A stretch of DNA of 61,345 nt, taken from sequence record DRR378314_471, one strand, 5' to 3'. Numbering within the stretch: position 1 is the first letter of the stretch; every line of letters starts with the position of its first letter. Below, piece by piece: positions 50,978 through 61,297 of the stretch. The notes below the pieces were generated by a model, which searched no databases, was not told the DNA's origin, and saw nothing but the letters and a program-made list of their open reading frames with translations. The position numbers and the translations under genes are program-made.

Positions 50978-51910
50978 TCAGGTGTTTGGCGTAGCGGCCT
51001 CGTAGCCATTGGCTTGCTGCAAGTCCGGCCGTTCGCCCTCCCGCTGGAGGCGAATCGTGGTGCGCCGGTTGTCAGCCGGCCGGCGTGATACCGGGTACTG
51101 GTCTGCATGGGCCCTGACGGTCACCAGGTCGGCTGAGATACCCTGCTCAATCAGATAGTCCGCCACGGCATTGGCCCGCTCCTCGGACAACGCGCGATTA
51201 TCAATACGACTGCCACTGCTGTCGGTATGACCATCCACGAACACCCTTTCCACCGTGGAATCCGCCTGAATGTAAGTCACGATGTCGTCGAGGAATCGTC
51301 GGTCGGCCTCAGACAGGCTGGTACTGCCGGACGCAAATGGAATACGCGAGCGCTTGATCTGATCGTAGTTCACCGGCAAAAGACCGGCGGTACACGTTCG
51401 GTAGCTGGAGAACTGACCCGCAAAGTTGATGTTGGACACTTTCACCCGAACCGGGCTGCCGTCGTACCAGGATTCGCGCGTAACCGTAGGGTCCATCCCC
51501 TCCAACAGGCTCTGTACAAGCACCATCGCGAGGCGCGACTCCAGCATCACAGGTCGGCGACTGTCGTCCACGTTTACGCGACCAAGGGGACGGGGAGCAG
51601 TGCCCGGACGCCAGGATGGCGCTTCCATCACCAATTGCGCCTGACCCGGACGCATAAGGGATGCTTCCGACTCCAGGAAGAAGGACAACGACTCCCCCGC
51701 CCTGTGGCTAAACACAGCGCGACCATAGCCCGGAACCTGATGCACCAGGGTACACTCGAACACGGACTCCGACAGGTACCACTGACTGTTCTCGATACCA
51801 GCCCCAAAGGTGGCGGCCTGCGTCGTAGCAGGACCTGCCATCAGTGTGCAGAGCACACCGGAAAACACTGCGTCGCGCAGGAAGGCGGGAATACGTGCCA
51901 TACCATCCAT
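50978..51910 (-). CDS. motY: Flagellar stator-associated protein MotY (OmpA-like C-terminal domain)
   Basis: Signal peptide, SQW...CTLVHQVPGYGRAVF, and OmpA-like GHTDS...NRALSEERA; adjacent to pyrC-rnt. Confidence 0.8.
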   Translation of the reverse strand: MDGMARIPAFLRDAVFSGVLCTLMAGPATTQAATFGAGIENSQWYLSESVFECTLVHQVPGYGRAVFSHRAGESLSFFLESEASLMRPGQAQLVMEAPSWRPGTAPRPLGRVNVDDSRRPVMLESRLAMVLVQSLLEGMDPTVTRESWYDGSPVRVKVSNINFAGQFSSYRTCTAGLLPVNYDQIKRSRIPFASGSTSLSEADRRFLDDIVTYIQADSTVERVFVDGHTDSSGSRIDNRALSEERANAVADYLIEQGISADLVTVRAHADQYPVSRRPADNRRTTIRLQREGERPDLQQANGYEAATPNT

Positions 51911-51935
51911 CCGTCAGAAAATAATCACTACCTTG

Positions 51936-51962
51936 GTAACGGCCGAAGCCCGTCTTTCTTTA
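51936..51962 (-). promoter_or_regulatory. sigma28 (FliA) promoter of motY
   Basis: Minus strand TAAA-N15-GCCGTTAC. Confidence 0.65.
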
Positions 51963-52062
51963 GGACGCACGCCAAAACAATCGCTGTCGGCTTCTGATAT
52001 AATTCCGCCAGAATTTTTCAGGGGTTCACGTTTGACGGCCCCAGCAGATCCCGGAACCGTAA

Positions 52063-53094
52063 ATGACTGAACAACTGACCATCACCCGCCCTGACGACTG
52101 GCACCTCCATGTGCGGGACGGCGACATCCTCAACGACGTCGTACCTGCCACAGCCCGCTGCTTTGGCCGAGCCATCATCATGCCTAACCTGGCGCCGCCA
52201 GTGACCGACGCTGAGCAGGCCCTGGCCTACCGTGGCAGGATTCTGGCTGCTGCCGGAACCACCGGGTTCGATCCGCTGATGACGCTGTACCTCACGGAAA
52301 CCACGACGCCGGCCCAGATCCGGGACGCCAAGGCCGCGGGTGTGGTTGCCGCCAAGCTGTATCCGGCCGGTGCCACGACCAACTCCGCGTCCGGCGTGAC
52401 CGATATCCGCAATATCTATCCGGTTCTGGAGGCCATGAGCGAATGTGGCATGCTGTTGCTGGTCCACGGTGAAGTCACCGACGCGGACATCGACATCTTT
52501 GACCGGGAAAAGGTTTTCCTCAAGCGCGTGCTGGCCCCTACCATGGACGCGTTTCCGGCATTGCGGGTGGTCCTTGAACATATCACCACCGCCGATTCGG
52601 CCGAATTCGTGCGCGACCATGACGGTGACAATCTGGGCGCCACCATTACGCCGCAACACCTGATGTACAACCGCAACCACATGCTGGTCGGCGGCATTCG
52701 CCCTCACCTGTATTGCCTGCCCATCCTCAAGCGCAACCGACATCAACAGGCGTTGCGGGATGCGGTGGTCAGTGGTGACCGCCGCTTCTTCCTGGGAACG
52801 GATTCGGCGCCTCACTCAAAAGACAAAAAGGAAACCGCGTGTGGCTGCGCCGGTTGCTACTCCGCGTATAGTGCCATGCCGCTGTACGCCGAGATCTTCG
52901 AAGATCTGGGTGTACTGGACAAACTGGAAGCCTTTGCCAGCTTCAACGGCGCGGATTTTTACGGCCTGCCCAGAAACAACGACACCATCACACTGGTGAA
53001 GGAATCCTGGGAGATGCCCGGTGAGCTGCCCCTGGCGGACGGCACCATCGTTCCGCTAAAAGCGGGTGAGAACCTGAGATGGCGGCTTGCCTGA
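52063..53094 (+). CDS. pyrC: Dihydroorotase
   Basis: [28 protein letters not shown] and GTDSAPH. Confidence 0.97.
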   Translation: MTEQLTITRPDDWHLHVRDGDILNDVVPATARCFGRAIIMPNLAPPVTDAEQALAYRGRILAAAGTTGFDPLMTLYLTETTTPAQIRDAKAAGVVAAKLYPAGATTNSASGVTDIRNIYPVLEAMSECGMLLLVHGEVTDADIDIFDREKVFLKRVLAPTMDAFPALRVVLEHITTADSAEFVRDHDGDNLGATITPQHLMYNRNHMLVGGIRPHLYCLPILKRNRHQQALRDAVVSGDRRFFLGTDSAPHSKDKKETACGCAGCYSAYSAMPLYAEIFEDLGVLDKLEAFASFNGADFYGLPRNNDTITLVKESWEMPGELPLADGTIVPLKAGENLRWRLA

Positions 53095-53173
53095 ACGCCG
53101 GCCCGACCAACCGTTCCTTATCAACGTATCTTTACCAGGCCTGTGACCCTGGCCAGACACCCCGGGAGTTTAA

Positions 53174-53839
53174 GTGACTGACGAACAGAAAGAACCGCAT
53201 CCCATGTCCCGCCGTTTTCGAGGGTTCCTGCCCGTGGTGGTGGACGTGGAGACCGGCGGCTTTAACCCTGAGAAGGACGCCCTTCTTGAAATCGCTGCGG
53301 TCATACTGACGATGGATGAGGACGGCTGGTTGAAGCGAGCCGAGACCCACGTTCAGCAGATCGATCCGTTTGAAGGTGCCAATCTGGAACAGTCAGCACT
53401 GGATTTTACCGGTATTGATCCCTGGAACCCGGAACGGGAAGCGGTTCCGGAGCGTGAAGGCCTGAGCGAGATTTTCGGGCCCATCCGCAAGGCGGTCAAA
53501 TCCCACGATTGCAAACGTGCGGTCCTGGTTGGTCATAACGCCACCTTCGACCACAACTTTGTGTTTGCCGCCGCCCTGCGTTCGGATATCCGCCGCAATC
53601 CGTTTCACCCATTCTCCACGTTTGACACGGCAACCCTGGCAGGCCTTGCCTACGGCCACACCGTACTGGCCCAGGCCTGCAAACTGGCGGGCATTCCGTT
53701 CAGCAACAAGGAAGCGCACTCGGCAGCCTACGACGCCGAGAAAACCGCCGATCTGTTCTGTGGCATCGTAAACCGCTGGCGCGAAGTCGGGGGCTTTCCA
53801 CCACCGCCGATACCGGACGACACGGAACAGGCGTCTTGA
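53174..53839 (+). CDS. rnt: Ribonuclease T
   Basis: [30 protein letters not shown] and HSAAYD. Confidence 0.96.
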   Translation: MTDEQKEPHPMSRRFRGFLPVVVDVETGGFNPEKDALLEIAAVILTMDEDGWLKRAETHVQQIDPFEGANLEQSALDFTGIDPWNPEREAVPEREGLSEIFGPIRKAVKSHDCKRAVLVGHNATFDHNFVFAAALRSDIRRNPFHPFSTFDTATLAGLAYGHTVLAQACKLAGIPFSNKEAHSAAYDAEKTADLFCGIVNRWREVGGFPPPPIPDDTEQAS

Positions 53840-53849
53840 TAAGCAGCCA

Positions 53850-53880
53850 CAAAAAACCCCGCTCAAAGCGGGGTTTTTTG
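53850..53880. terminator. Bidirectional intrinsic terminator between rnt and the acyl-CoA reductase gene
   Basis: CAAAAAACCCCGC-TCAAA-GCGGGGTTTTTTG. Confidence 0.92.
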
Positions 53881-53896
53881 GTTTTCAGGGGCAGGA

Positions 53897-55882
53897 TTAC
53901 CAGTAGATGCCGCGCATGATCGCCGCAAAGGCCACCTGTTCGGAGGAGACTTTGGGCTTTTCACCCGAACGGCTGCCGGCAGCGGCCGGTGAATCCGGGA
54001 ACATGCGGTAGCCGGTGTTCATCACAATCTCGCCCATCTTCGGTGCCAGCGCCTGCAGCACCTGAGCAAAAATACCCAGGCGAGTGGCGATACGCTTCGG
54101 ACGGTATACGATGGCGTCAGCCACCATTTCCGCGGCTTCGTCAGGCGTCAGCGTGGGCACTGAGTCGTAGATCTTGGTGGGCGCGATCATCGGCGTCTTC
54201 ACCAACGGCATGTTGATGGTGGTGAAGGTGACGTTGCGATCCGACCATTCCGCCGCTGCGCAGCGGCTGAAAGCATCCAGGGCAGATTTCGAGGCCACGT
54301 AGGCCGAGAACCGAGGCGCGTTGGTCAGTACACCGATGGAGGAAATGTTCACCACATGGCCACGGCGGCGCTCAAGCATCGCCGGAGCAAAGCCCATGAT
54401 CAGTCTCACGGAACCGAAGTAGTTCAACTGCATGGTGCGCTCGAAATCGTGGAATCGGTCGAATGACAATGCCAGTGACCGGCGAATTGAACGACCAGCG
54501 TTGTTCACCAGCACGTCCACATGGCCATGATTGTCCAGCACGGTTTTCACGAAACGGTCGCAGTCATCCATCTCGGCGAAGTCACACTGGTAGGCGTGAA
54601 CATTGCCGCCACGGGCTTCCAGTTCTGCCGCCACTTCCATCAGGCGCTCTTTCTTGCGCGCACCAATCACCAGGATCGCACCGGCATCCGCCAGCTTTTG
54701 AGCGGTCGCCAGGCCGATGCCCGAAGTACCACCAGTGATCACACAAACCTTTCCTTCCACCGTGCCACGCAGGGTACGGTCCTTGAACAGGTCGGGGTCC
54801 AGGTTGCGCTCCCAGAAGTCCCACAGAACCGCCGCGTAGCTTTCCAGACGCGGCACTTCAATACCGGTGTCCTTAAGCACCCGCTCAGTTTCACGGGCGT
54901 CGAAGCGTGTGGGGTAATTGATGAACGACAACACCGAAGGCGGAATGCCCATGTCGTCCAGCAGTGCGGTGGTCAGGCGTTTAACCGGTGGCAGGTTCTT
55001 CAGGCTCTGGCGAATAAACGGCGGCACAAACCCAAACATGCGCGAGTCGATCCGCATCGCCATACGGGGGGCGTGACCAGCCTCGGAGAAAATATTGAGA
55101 ATCTCGCCCACTTTGTGGGGGTCAGAGTCCACCAGGTGGAAGCAGTTTCCGTCCTCTCCCTCCAGGTGCGCAATGTGATCCATGGCGTTCACCACGAAAT
55201 CCACGGGCACGATGTTCAGCCGCCCACCCTCGACGCCGATCGTCGGCACCCACTGGGGCAGTGCGTGGCGGATTTTCTGGATCATTTTGAAGAAGTAATA
55301 GGGCCCATCGACCTTGTCCATCTCACCAGTTTTTGAGTGGCCAACCACCATGCCCGGGCGGTAGATCCGGAACGGAACCTTGCAGCTCTCGCGAACCACT
55401 TTTTCGGATTCGTGTTTGGTCAGCAGGTAGGGATGATCGAGCTTTTCCGCTTCCTCGAACATGTCCTCACGGAACGTGCCCTTGAACAGGCCGGCCGCCG
55501 CGATGGAGGACACGTGATGGAAGCAACCGGCTTCCATGGCAGCCGCCGCGTTGACGGCACTGTGGGTGCCCTCGATATTGGTGGCCTGCTGGGACTTTTC
55601 GTCCGCCCCCATGTCGTAGACCGCAGCAAGATGGAAGAAATGATCAATGTTACCTTTGAGCGATTTCATCGTCTTGGCGTCAATGCCCAGGTTCGGGCTG
55701 GTAAGGTCGCCGATCACTGCTTTCACCCTGGACTCATCCGCGCCCCAACGCTCTCGAAGCTGGTCCAGTTTTTCCTGTGATTGCTCGCGCACCAGTACAT
55801 GAACTGTGCCACCGCGAGCCAGCAGTTTTTCAACGAGAAAACGGCCGATAAATCCGGTGCCACCCGTCAGAAAGTAATTCAT
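53897..55882 (-). CDS. Two-domain fatty acyl-CoA reductase (Maqu_2507-like; wax ester / fatty alcohol synthesis)
   Basis: MNYFLTGGTGFIG extended-SDR domain plus C-terminal Acr1-like SDR (TGGTSGIG, NNAGRSIRR, AYVASK); 661 aa. Confidence 0.88.
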   Translation of the reverse strand: MNYFLTGGTGFIGRFLVEKLLARGGTVHVLVREQSQEKLDQLRERWGADESRVKAVIGDLTSPNLGIDAKTMKSLKGNIDHFFHLAAVYDMGADEKSQQATNIEGTHSAVNAAAAMEAGCFHHVSSIAAAGLFKGTFREDMFEEAEKLDHPYLLTKHESEKVVRESCKVPFRIYRPGMVVGHSKTGEMDKVDGPYYFFKMIQKIRHALPQWVPTIGVEGGRLNIVPVDFVVNAMDHIAHLEGEDGNCFHLVDSDPHKVGEILNIFSEAGHAPRMAMRIDSRMFGFVPPFIRQSLKNLPPVKRLTTALLDDMGIPPSVLSFINYPTRFDARETERVLKDTGIEVPRLESYAAVLWDFWERNLDPDLFKDRTLRGTVEGKVCVITGGTSGIGLATAQKLADAGAILVIGARKKERLMEVAAELEARGGNVHAYQCDFAEMDDCDRFVKTVLDNHGHVDVLVNNAGRSIRRSLALSFDRFHDFERTMQLNYFGSVRLIMGFAPAMLERRRGHVVNISSIGVLTNAPRFSAYVASKSALDAFSRCAAAEWSDRNVTFTTINMPLVKTPMIAPTKIYDSVPTLTPDEAAEMVADAIVYRPKRIATRLGIFAQVLQALAPKMGEIVMNTGYRMFPDSPAAAGSRSGEKPKVSSEQVAFAAIMRGIYW

Positions 55883-56016
55883 TGATAGTCCACCCTGCTT
55901 GTTGCTCAGTTGTTGTCTTTTCCCTTTGTTGTCACCGCCGGTATTAGACCAAAGTCTTATACTGCCGATGCACGCCGGCATTGTACTTAATTGCAACACT
56001 CATGTATCGAACTTTT

Positions 56017-56065
56017 TTAGAGCATTTACTCTGTAAGCCCTTGTTTTAATTAGAGCGTTTACTCT
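56017..56065. promoter_or_regulatory. Paired quasi-palindromic operators flanking an IHF-like site
   Basis: TTAGAGCATTTACTCT (56017-32) and TTAGAGCGTTTACTCT (56050-65), 33 bp apart, with TAAGCCCTTGTTT between them. Confidence 0.6.
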
Positions 56066-56271
56066 AGTTCATGCATGCACCGCACGCCGAAACCTGTTTG
56101 TTTCACCGACATGCTGACGTTGAGACTAGCACAAGGTGGGCAGGCTGCCCGCAAATCCCTACCATTACCGGAAGGAAATGAAACCTGACGGCTGCAGTGA
56201 CATAATCGGAACCATTGACGGTCGTTTCTGTCTCTACATTTTTTACCATTCCCGCACTTCGGAACTCGAAC

Positions 56272-56571
56272 ATGCACAAAGACGATCCTAACGCTGAACG
56301 TTATATTGCCATCGCCCGCGCCTGCCTCAAGGCTATTAATGACACAGCCGCCGACGCCGGCTCCCGGGAGCAGAAGATCCAGGCGGTATACCAGGCCATT
56401 GACCACGCTTTCCAGGCTGAATTTGCGGACTATCGCCAATCCGTCGCGGTGATGGGAACGGTCCTTGAGCGTATCGCGTCAGGCCAACTCGATGCCGACG
56501 CCGCGGCCAGTCTCGCGAAGAAAACCCTGGATCAACAACCGGAAAGCACCCGTAACGCCCTGATTCACTAA
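56272..56571 (+). CDS. Hypothetical helical protein
   Basis: 99-aa ORF filling the gap before ptrA; no recognised motif. Confidence 0.6.
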   Translation: MHKDDPNAERYIAIARACLKAINDTAADAGSREQKIQAVYQAIDHAFQAEFADYRQSVAVMGTVLERIASGQLDADAAASLAKKTLDQQPESTRNALIH

Positions 56572-56595
56572 CGTGTCAACGCAAAGAGAGACAGT

Positions 56596-59448
56596 ATGCA
56601 CCCTGGCATCCATGGATTTGCCCAAGGTTTCCTTGGCCTGAAGCAAGGATTTCTCCTGGCGCTGGTATTGGCCTTCAGTTCGGTTGCCCTGGCGAGCCAG
56701 TCGCCCATAAAAAGCCCGAACGACGATAATCTGTATCGTTACGTGGAACTGGAAAACCAGCTCCGGGTGCTGCTCATTTCCGCGCCGGACTCAGACAAGG
56801 CGGCAGCCTCCATGAACGTCGCCGTTGGCAGTGGCGATGACCCCGCCAACCGCGAAGGTCTCTCTCACTTCCTTGAACACATGCTGTTCCTGGGTACGGA
56901 AAAATACCCCGACCCTGGCGAGTACCAGCAGTTCATCAAAAGCCATGGTGGCAGTCACAACGCGTTCACCGCATTCCAGGACACCAACTACTTCTTCGAC
57001 GTACAGGCCGAGCATCTGGAGGAAGCCCTGGATCGCTTCGCCGAGCAGTTTTCAGCACCGCTGTTCACGCCAGAGCTGGTGGATCGCGAACGCCGCGCCG
57101 TTCACTCTGAGTACAGCTCGAAACAGAAAGACGACAGCCGCCGCTTCTACTCTGTTAAAAAAGCCGTCAGCAATCCTGACCATGCATTCCACCAGTTCGC
57201 CGTAGGCAATCTGACCACCCTGGAAAACACCGAAGAGCGCCCCCTGCGCCCAGACCTGGTCGACTTCTGGAAAACCCATTACTCGTCCAACCTGATGACG
57301 CTTTCCGTCTACGGCCCGCAATCGCTGGACGAGCTTGAGGCCATGGTGCGGGGTCGCTTCGATCGCATTGATAACCGCAACCTGGAGGCGAAGGTTCACG
57401 ATGAGCCACTGTTCAGCCCAGGCACCCTCCCCGCCCGAGTGCATGCGGATGCACTGAAGGATATTCGAAACCTGGCGCTCACCTTCCCCATTCCATCTCA
57501 GGAAGACCACTACCGGGACAAGCCAGCCAACTACGTCGCCAGCCTGCTTGGCCACGAAGGCCCTGGCAGCCTGTTTGATGTGCTGAAGAAGGCTGGCCTG
57601 GTGGAAAGCCTGTCCGCCGGCAGCGGCATGGATACCGGCCAGGAGGCCACTCTGGAACTGAACATGGCGTTGACTCCGGAGGGCCTTCAGAAGCAGGGCA
57701 CCATCCTGGAACTGACCTTTGCCTACATTGAAAAGGTGCGCGACGAAGGCATCTCCCGCACTCGTTTCGAAGAAATGAAACAACTGGCGCAGATCGATTT
57801 CCGCTTTCAGGAGAAGAGCCAGCCAGTGCAGCAGGTGATGCACCTGTCACGACAGATGCGACATGTGGCACCAGAAGATGTACTCCAGGCACCATGGATG
57901 ATGGAAAGCTATGCACCCGACCAATACCGGAACATTCTGAACCGCCTTACTCCGGATAACGTGCTGGTCTCCATCCTGGAAACAGAGCCGGACCTTGAAG
58001 ATCCCAACCTGACCCAGTGGTACGACGCCGCCTGGAAACTGAAGCCTCTCGATACCGGGGAGATTCAGCAACGGGACGACAACCGCATGGTATCAAGACT
58101 GGCCCTGCCGCTCGAAAACCCCTTCATTCCCGAAGAACTCGACATGATCGACGGCGCGACCATGGAGCAACCTGTTTCGATGGGCACGGTCAGCGGTATG
58201 GAGGTCTGGTACGCCCGGGACACCCGGTTCGAAACGCCAAAGGCCAACGTGTACCTCAGCCTGCGCACCCCGGCAACACGGGCGTCTGCCCGCAGCAATG
58301 TGCTGTCTTCGTTGCTGGTGGACGCCATCAATACCAATGTAAACGCCTGGGCCTACCCCGCCCAATTGGCGGGACTGGATTACAGCATCTACCCGCACCT
58401 GCGCGGCATTACCATCCGCGTTGGCGGCTATAGTGACAAGCTGCACACCCTTATGGCCCGCCTCCTGACCCAGGTGGCAGACCCCACGCTAACCGAGCAA
58501 CGCTTCCGCATTGCCCGACAAAACATGATCGACGGGCTGCTGAATAACGCCAAGGAGCGGCCTGTCCAGCAGACCTCTGAACGCATCCAGAGCCTGCTGA
58601 TCGAGGGCGCCTGGAGTACGGAAGAAAAGCTCAAGGCCGCCCGGGAAGTCACATTGGAGGAACTGAAATCCTTCGCCGATGCTTTTCTGTCCCAGGTGGA
58701 CCCGGTCATGCTCGCCCACGGCAACATGACACAGGCCTCTGCGCTTAACCTCACCAACCGCATCCACGCCATGGTGCTGGACGACAGCGAGCTGACAACG
58801 GTGGAGCGCAGCCACGTTCGCGCCCTTCCGGAAGGCGAAACCGTGTTGCCTCTGGAAGTCGACCATCCGGACACCGGCTACACCCTGTACGCGCAGGGCG
58901 ACAACACCGGCTTTAAGGAACGCGCGGTTTTCCGCTTGCTGGGGCAGATTATCAGCAGCCCGTTTTATGAAGAGCTCCGCACCAACCGTCAGCTTGGCTA
59001 CATCGTCTACGCCACCCCATTCGAAATGCTGGAAACGCCTGCGCTGGGCTTCGTAGTGCAGTCCCCTGAGGCCAGCGGCGAGCAAATTGATCAAGCGGTG
59101 CGGGACTTTTCCACTGCGTTCAAGGACACGCTATCCAATCTCTCGGAACAGGATCTGGCGCGGGAGAAACAGGCAGTGATCAGCAAACTGATGGAACAGG
59201 ACCGGCAACTCGGGGAGATTTCGGAGCGGTATTGGCGAGAAATCGACCGGGGTGCGACCGACTTCCATTCACGGGAGAAGCTAGCCAACGCTATAAAAGG
59301 TGTGAGCCGTGACGCTCTGGTTGACACCCTGCAGAAGCAGGTGATTGATCGTAAACAGGCACTGCAGGTATTCACCGCGGCAGAGGTAAAAGACGAGCCC
59401 GGTGTGGTTGAACGGCTATTGCAACGGAGCGCAGTTCCCGACGCCTAA
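56596..59448 (+). CDS. ptrA: Insulinase/pitrilysin family (M16) periplasmic Zn protease
   Basis: Signal peptide, KSPND, inverted zinc motif HFLEH, NAFT and LRTNRQLGY. Confidence 0.9.
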   Translation: MHPGIHGFAQGFLGLKQGFLLALVLAFSSVALASQSPIKSPNDDNLYRYVELENQLRVLLISAPDSDKAAASMNVAVGSGDDPANREGLSHFLEHMLFLGTEKYPDPGEYQQFIKSHGGSHNAFTAFQDTNYFFDVQAEHLEEALDRFAEQFSAPLFTPELVDRERRAVHSEYSSKQKDDSRRFYSVKKAVSNPDHAFHQFAVGNLTTLENTEERPLRPDLVDFWKTHYSSNLMTLSVYGPQSLDELEAMVRGRFDRIDNRNLEAKVHDEPLFSPGTLPARVHADALKDIRNLALTFPIPSQEDHYRDKPANYVASLLGHEGPGSLFDVLKKAGLVESLSAGSGMDTGQEATLELNMALTPEGLQKQGTILELTFAYIEKVRDEGISRTRFEEMKQLAQIDFRFQEKSQPVQQVMHLSRQMRHVAPEDVLQAPWMMESYAPDQYRNILNRLTPDNVLVSILETEPDLEDPNLTQWYDAAWKLKPLDTGEIQQRDDNRMVSRLALPLENPFIPEELDMIDGATMEQPVSMGTVSGMEVWYARDTRFETPKANVYLSLRTPATRASARSNVLSSLLVDAINTNVNAWAYPAQLAGLDYSIYPHLRGITIRVGGYSDKLHTLMARLLTQVADPTLTEQRFRIARQNMIDGLLNNAKERPVQQTSERIQSLLIEGAWSTEEKLKAAREVTLEELKSFADAFLSQVDPVMLAHGNMTQASALNLTNRIHAMVLDDSELTTVERSHVRALPEGETVLPLEVDHPDTGYTLYAQGDNTGFKERAVFRLLGQIISSPFYEELRTNRQLGYIVYATPFEMLETPALGFVVQSPEASGEQIDQAVRDFSTAFKDTLSNLSEQDLAREKQAVISKLMEQDRQLGEISERYWREIDRGATDFHSREKLANAIKGVSRDALVDTLQKQVIDRKQALQVFTAAEVKDEPGVVERLLQRSAVPDA

Positions 59449-59456
59449 CCCGTTCT

Positions 59457-60095
59457 TCAGCCCGAAGACTGGCCAATGAAACGGTGCCAGTCTTCGGCTT
59501 CATCCACGTCCCACCGCTGTGGAAGCAGCCTGAACGATACACCCGCTTGCGTGAGACGGTCACAGGTTTGCGACAACGCCTTGTCCGTGCCCCAAGCCAC
59601 ATCGGCCAGCATCCCCGGTATGACACGGCGTGCGCCGATGAGCACATACCCGCCGTCCTCCGACGGCCCTAGCACCACGTCCACCTCGTCCAGCGCAGCC
59701 ACGGCCGTTCGCACATAGTCGGCATCCACAGAGGGGCAATCGCTGCCTACGATCATCGCCTTGCCAAACCCACGCAACCCCGTTTCCAGCGCCTGTGACA
59801 TGCGCTCCCCGAGGATATCGCCCTCCTGTAAGGCCTGCGCAACGCCGTGACCTTCAAGCCGTTCCAGCACAGGAGCAGCCCCCTTGGGCACATTCTCCAG
59901 CGCCCGGTCCCACAGGAACTGGACGGTATAACCACTGGCCACCAGGTTCTCGAGCACCGCGAGGCTAAGCCTGACATGTGCCGCCATCGCCCCCTCGGCG
60001 CCCAGTTCCGGCATCAGGCGGGTTTTCACCCTGCCCGCTTCCGGCCATTTGGAAAACTGCATAACCAGCGCTGAAGCGTCAGGATTTCCGGGCAT
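59457..60095 (-). CDS. DUF2064 / TIGR04282-like glycosyltransferase
   Basis: KWPEAGRVKTRL, QEGDILGERM, VGSDCP, VLGPSEDGGYVLIG and WDVDE. Confidence 0.85.
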   Translation of the reverse strand: MPGNPDASALVMQFSKWPEAGRVKTRLMPELGAEGAMAAHVRLSLAVLENLVASGYTVQFLWDRALENVPKGAAPVLERLEGHGVAQALQEGDILGERMSQALETGLRGFGKAMIVGSDCPSVDADYVRTAVAALDEVDVVLGPSEDGGYVLIGARRVIPGMLADVAWGTDKALSQTCDRLTQAGVSFRLLPQRWDVDEAEDWHRFIGQSSG

Positions 60096-60822
60096 TACGC
60101 ACATCCGATCGATAGGCATTCACAAGGGAGTCCGGCGATTCGCCGCGCCAATAGCGCCAGCGCAACCGCCACATCAGCAGAATGGTACGCCAGGCGCCCT
60201 GCTGTTCCCAGCGTCGACTGTCCGTCACCACCGGGTCGGCGACGCAGAACGGACGGCAGACCAGTCGCAAACGGGAGCAAAGTTCCACATCTTCCATCAA
60301 CGGCATGGGCTCAAACCCCCGCAGGGCCTCAAACACTTGCCGGCGAACAAACAACGCCTGATCGCCGGTGGCAATACCGGTCAACCGGGAGCGCTGGTTC
60401 ATGAACCAGGCAATCACCAGGAACAACGTGCGCCGGCCGCTCAGGCGCACATTGAACCGCCCCCACGCCTTACGGCTGGCCTGGAACTGTTCCAGCGACG
60501 CCAGGGCAGAGTCCGGTAGCCGTGTGTCTGCATGCAGAAACAGCAGAACATCGCCATTGGCCGCTTGCGCGCCGGCATTCATTTGCAGGGCCCGACCACG
60601 CTCAGCGTGGATAACCTTGTCGCAACGCCCCTCCGCCAGCCTTGCAGTGCCGTCATCACTGCCGCCATCCACCACAATCACCTCGTGGCCCGCATCCCTC
60701 AAGCGCTGCAGATGAGCAAGCGTCTCCTGAACGGTAGCCGCCTCCTGCCATACCGGCACAATGCAGCTCAGGTGCAGTCGCTGGGGCGAAGGCTCGGACG
60801 GATGCTGTGTGGCGGTTTTCAA
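60079..60822 (-). CDS. GT2 / TIGR04283-like glycosyltransferase
   Basis: VVDGGSDDGT, GRALQMNAGA, LFLHADT, TGDQALF, PLMEDVE and DSRRW. Confidence 0.87.
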   Translation of the reverse strand: MKTATQHPSEPSPQRLHLSCIVPVWQEAATVQETLAHLQRLRDAGHEVIVVDGGSDDGTARLAEGRCDKVIHAERGRALQMNAGAQAANGDVLLFLHADTRLPDSALASLEQFQASRKAWGRFNVRLSGRRTLFLVIAWFMNQRSRLTGIATGDQALFVRRQVFEALRGFEPMPLMEDVELCSRLRLVCRPFCVADPVVTDSRRWEQQGAWRTILLMWRLRWRYWRGESPDSLVNAYRSDVRNARKS

Positions 60823-60845
60823 ATCTTCTGGTATCCCCGCTGGGC

Positions 60846-61214
60846 TCAGGTTGGCAACTGCCCCGCTTCGATAAACTGTTTCAGGGCAACCGCATTATTA
60901 TGGTCTGTATCTTTCGCTGCAAATATCAGAGTGACACGGTCGTGTTTTTCAACATAGTTCGACAATGTAGCCAGATCCTCACCGCCGGACGACACCAACT
61001 CCAGCAGATACCGCTCGCGAAAACCGTCCCACCGCGACGGCTCATGGCCAAACCACTTGCGCAGGTCCGTGGACGGCGCCAGCCCCTTTAGCCACTCCGA
61101 CAGGCTGGCCTTCTCCTTCGACACGCCCCGCGGCCAAACCCGGTCAACCAGCAGCCGTGGCCCATCAGAATGAGCCGCATCTTCGTAAACACGTTTCAGT
61201 CGAATGTCTGTCAT
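60846..61214 (-). CDS. DUF488 family protein (YeaO-like)
   Basis: KRVYE, LVDRVWPRGVSKE, LAPSTDLRKWFGH and HNNAVAL. Confidence 0.9.
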   Translation of the reverse strand: MTDIRLKRVYEDAAHSDGPRLLVDRVWPRGVSKEKASLSEWLKGLAPSTDLRKWFGHEPSRWDGFRERYLLELVSSGGEDLATLSNYVEKHDRVTLIFAAKDTDHNNAVALKQFIEAGQLPT

Positions 61215-61249
61215 ATCAACCTCCGGAACCGTCAGTGTGCCCGCAGCCC

Positions 61250-61285
61250 TTGAGACACGTCACCGAGCCCGCTATCATACCCGCC
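61250..61285 (+). promoter_or_regulatory. sigma70 promoter with GC-rich discriminator for the tRNA
   Basis: TTGAGA (61250-55), N17, TATCAT (61273-78), ACCCGCC. Confidence 0.7.
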
Positions 61286-61297
61286 TTCTGACGATCA

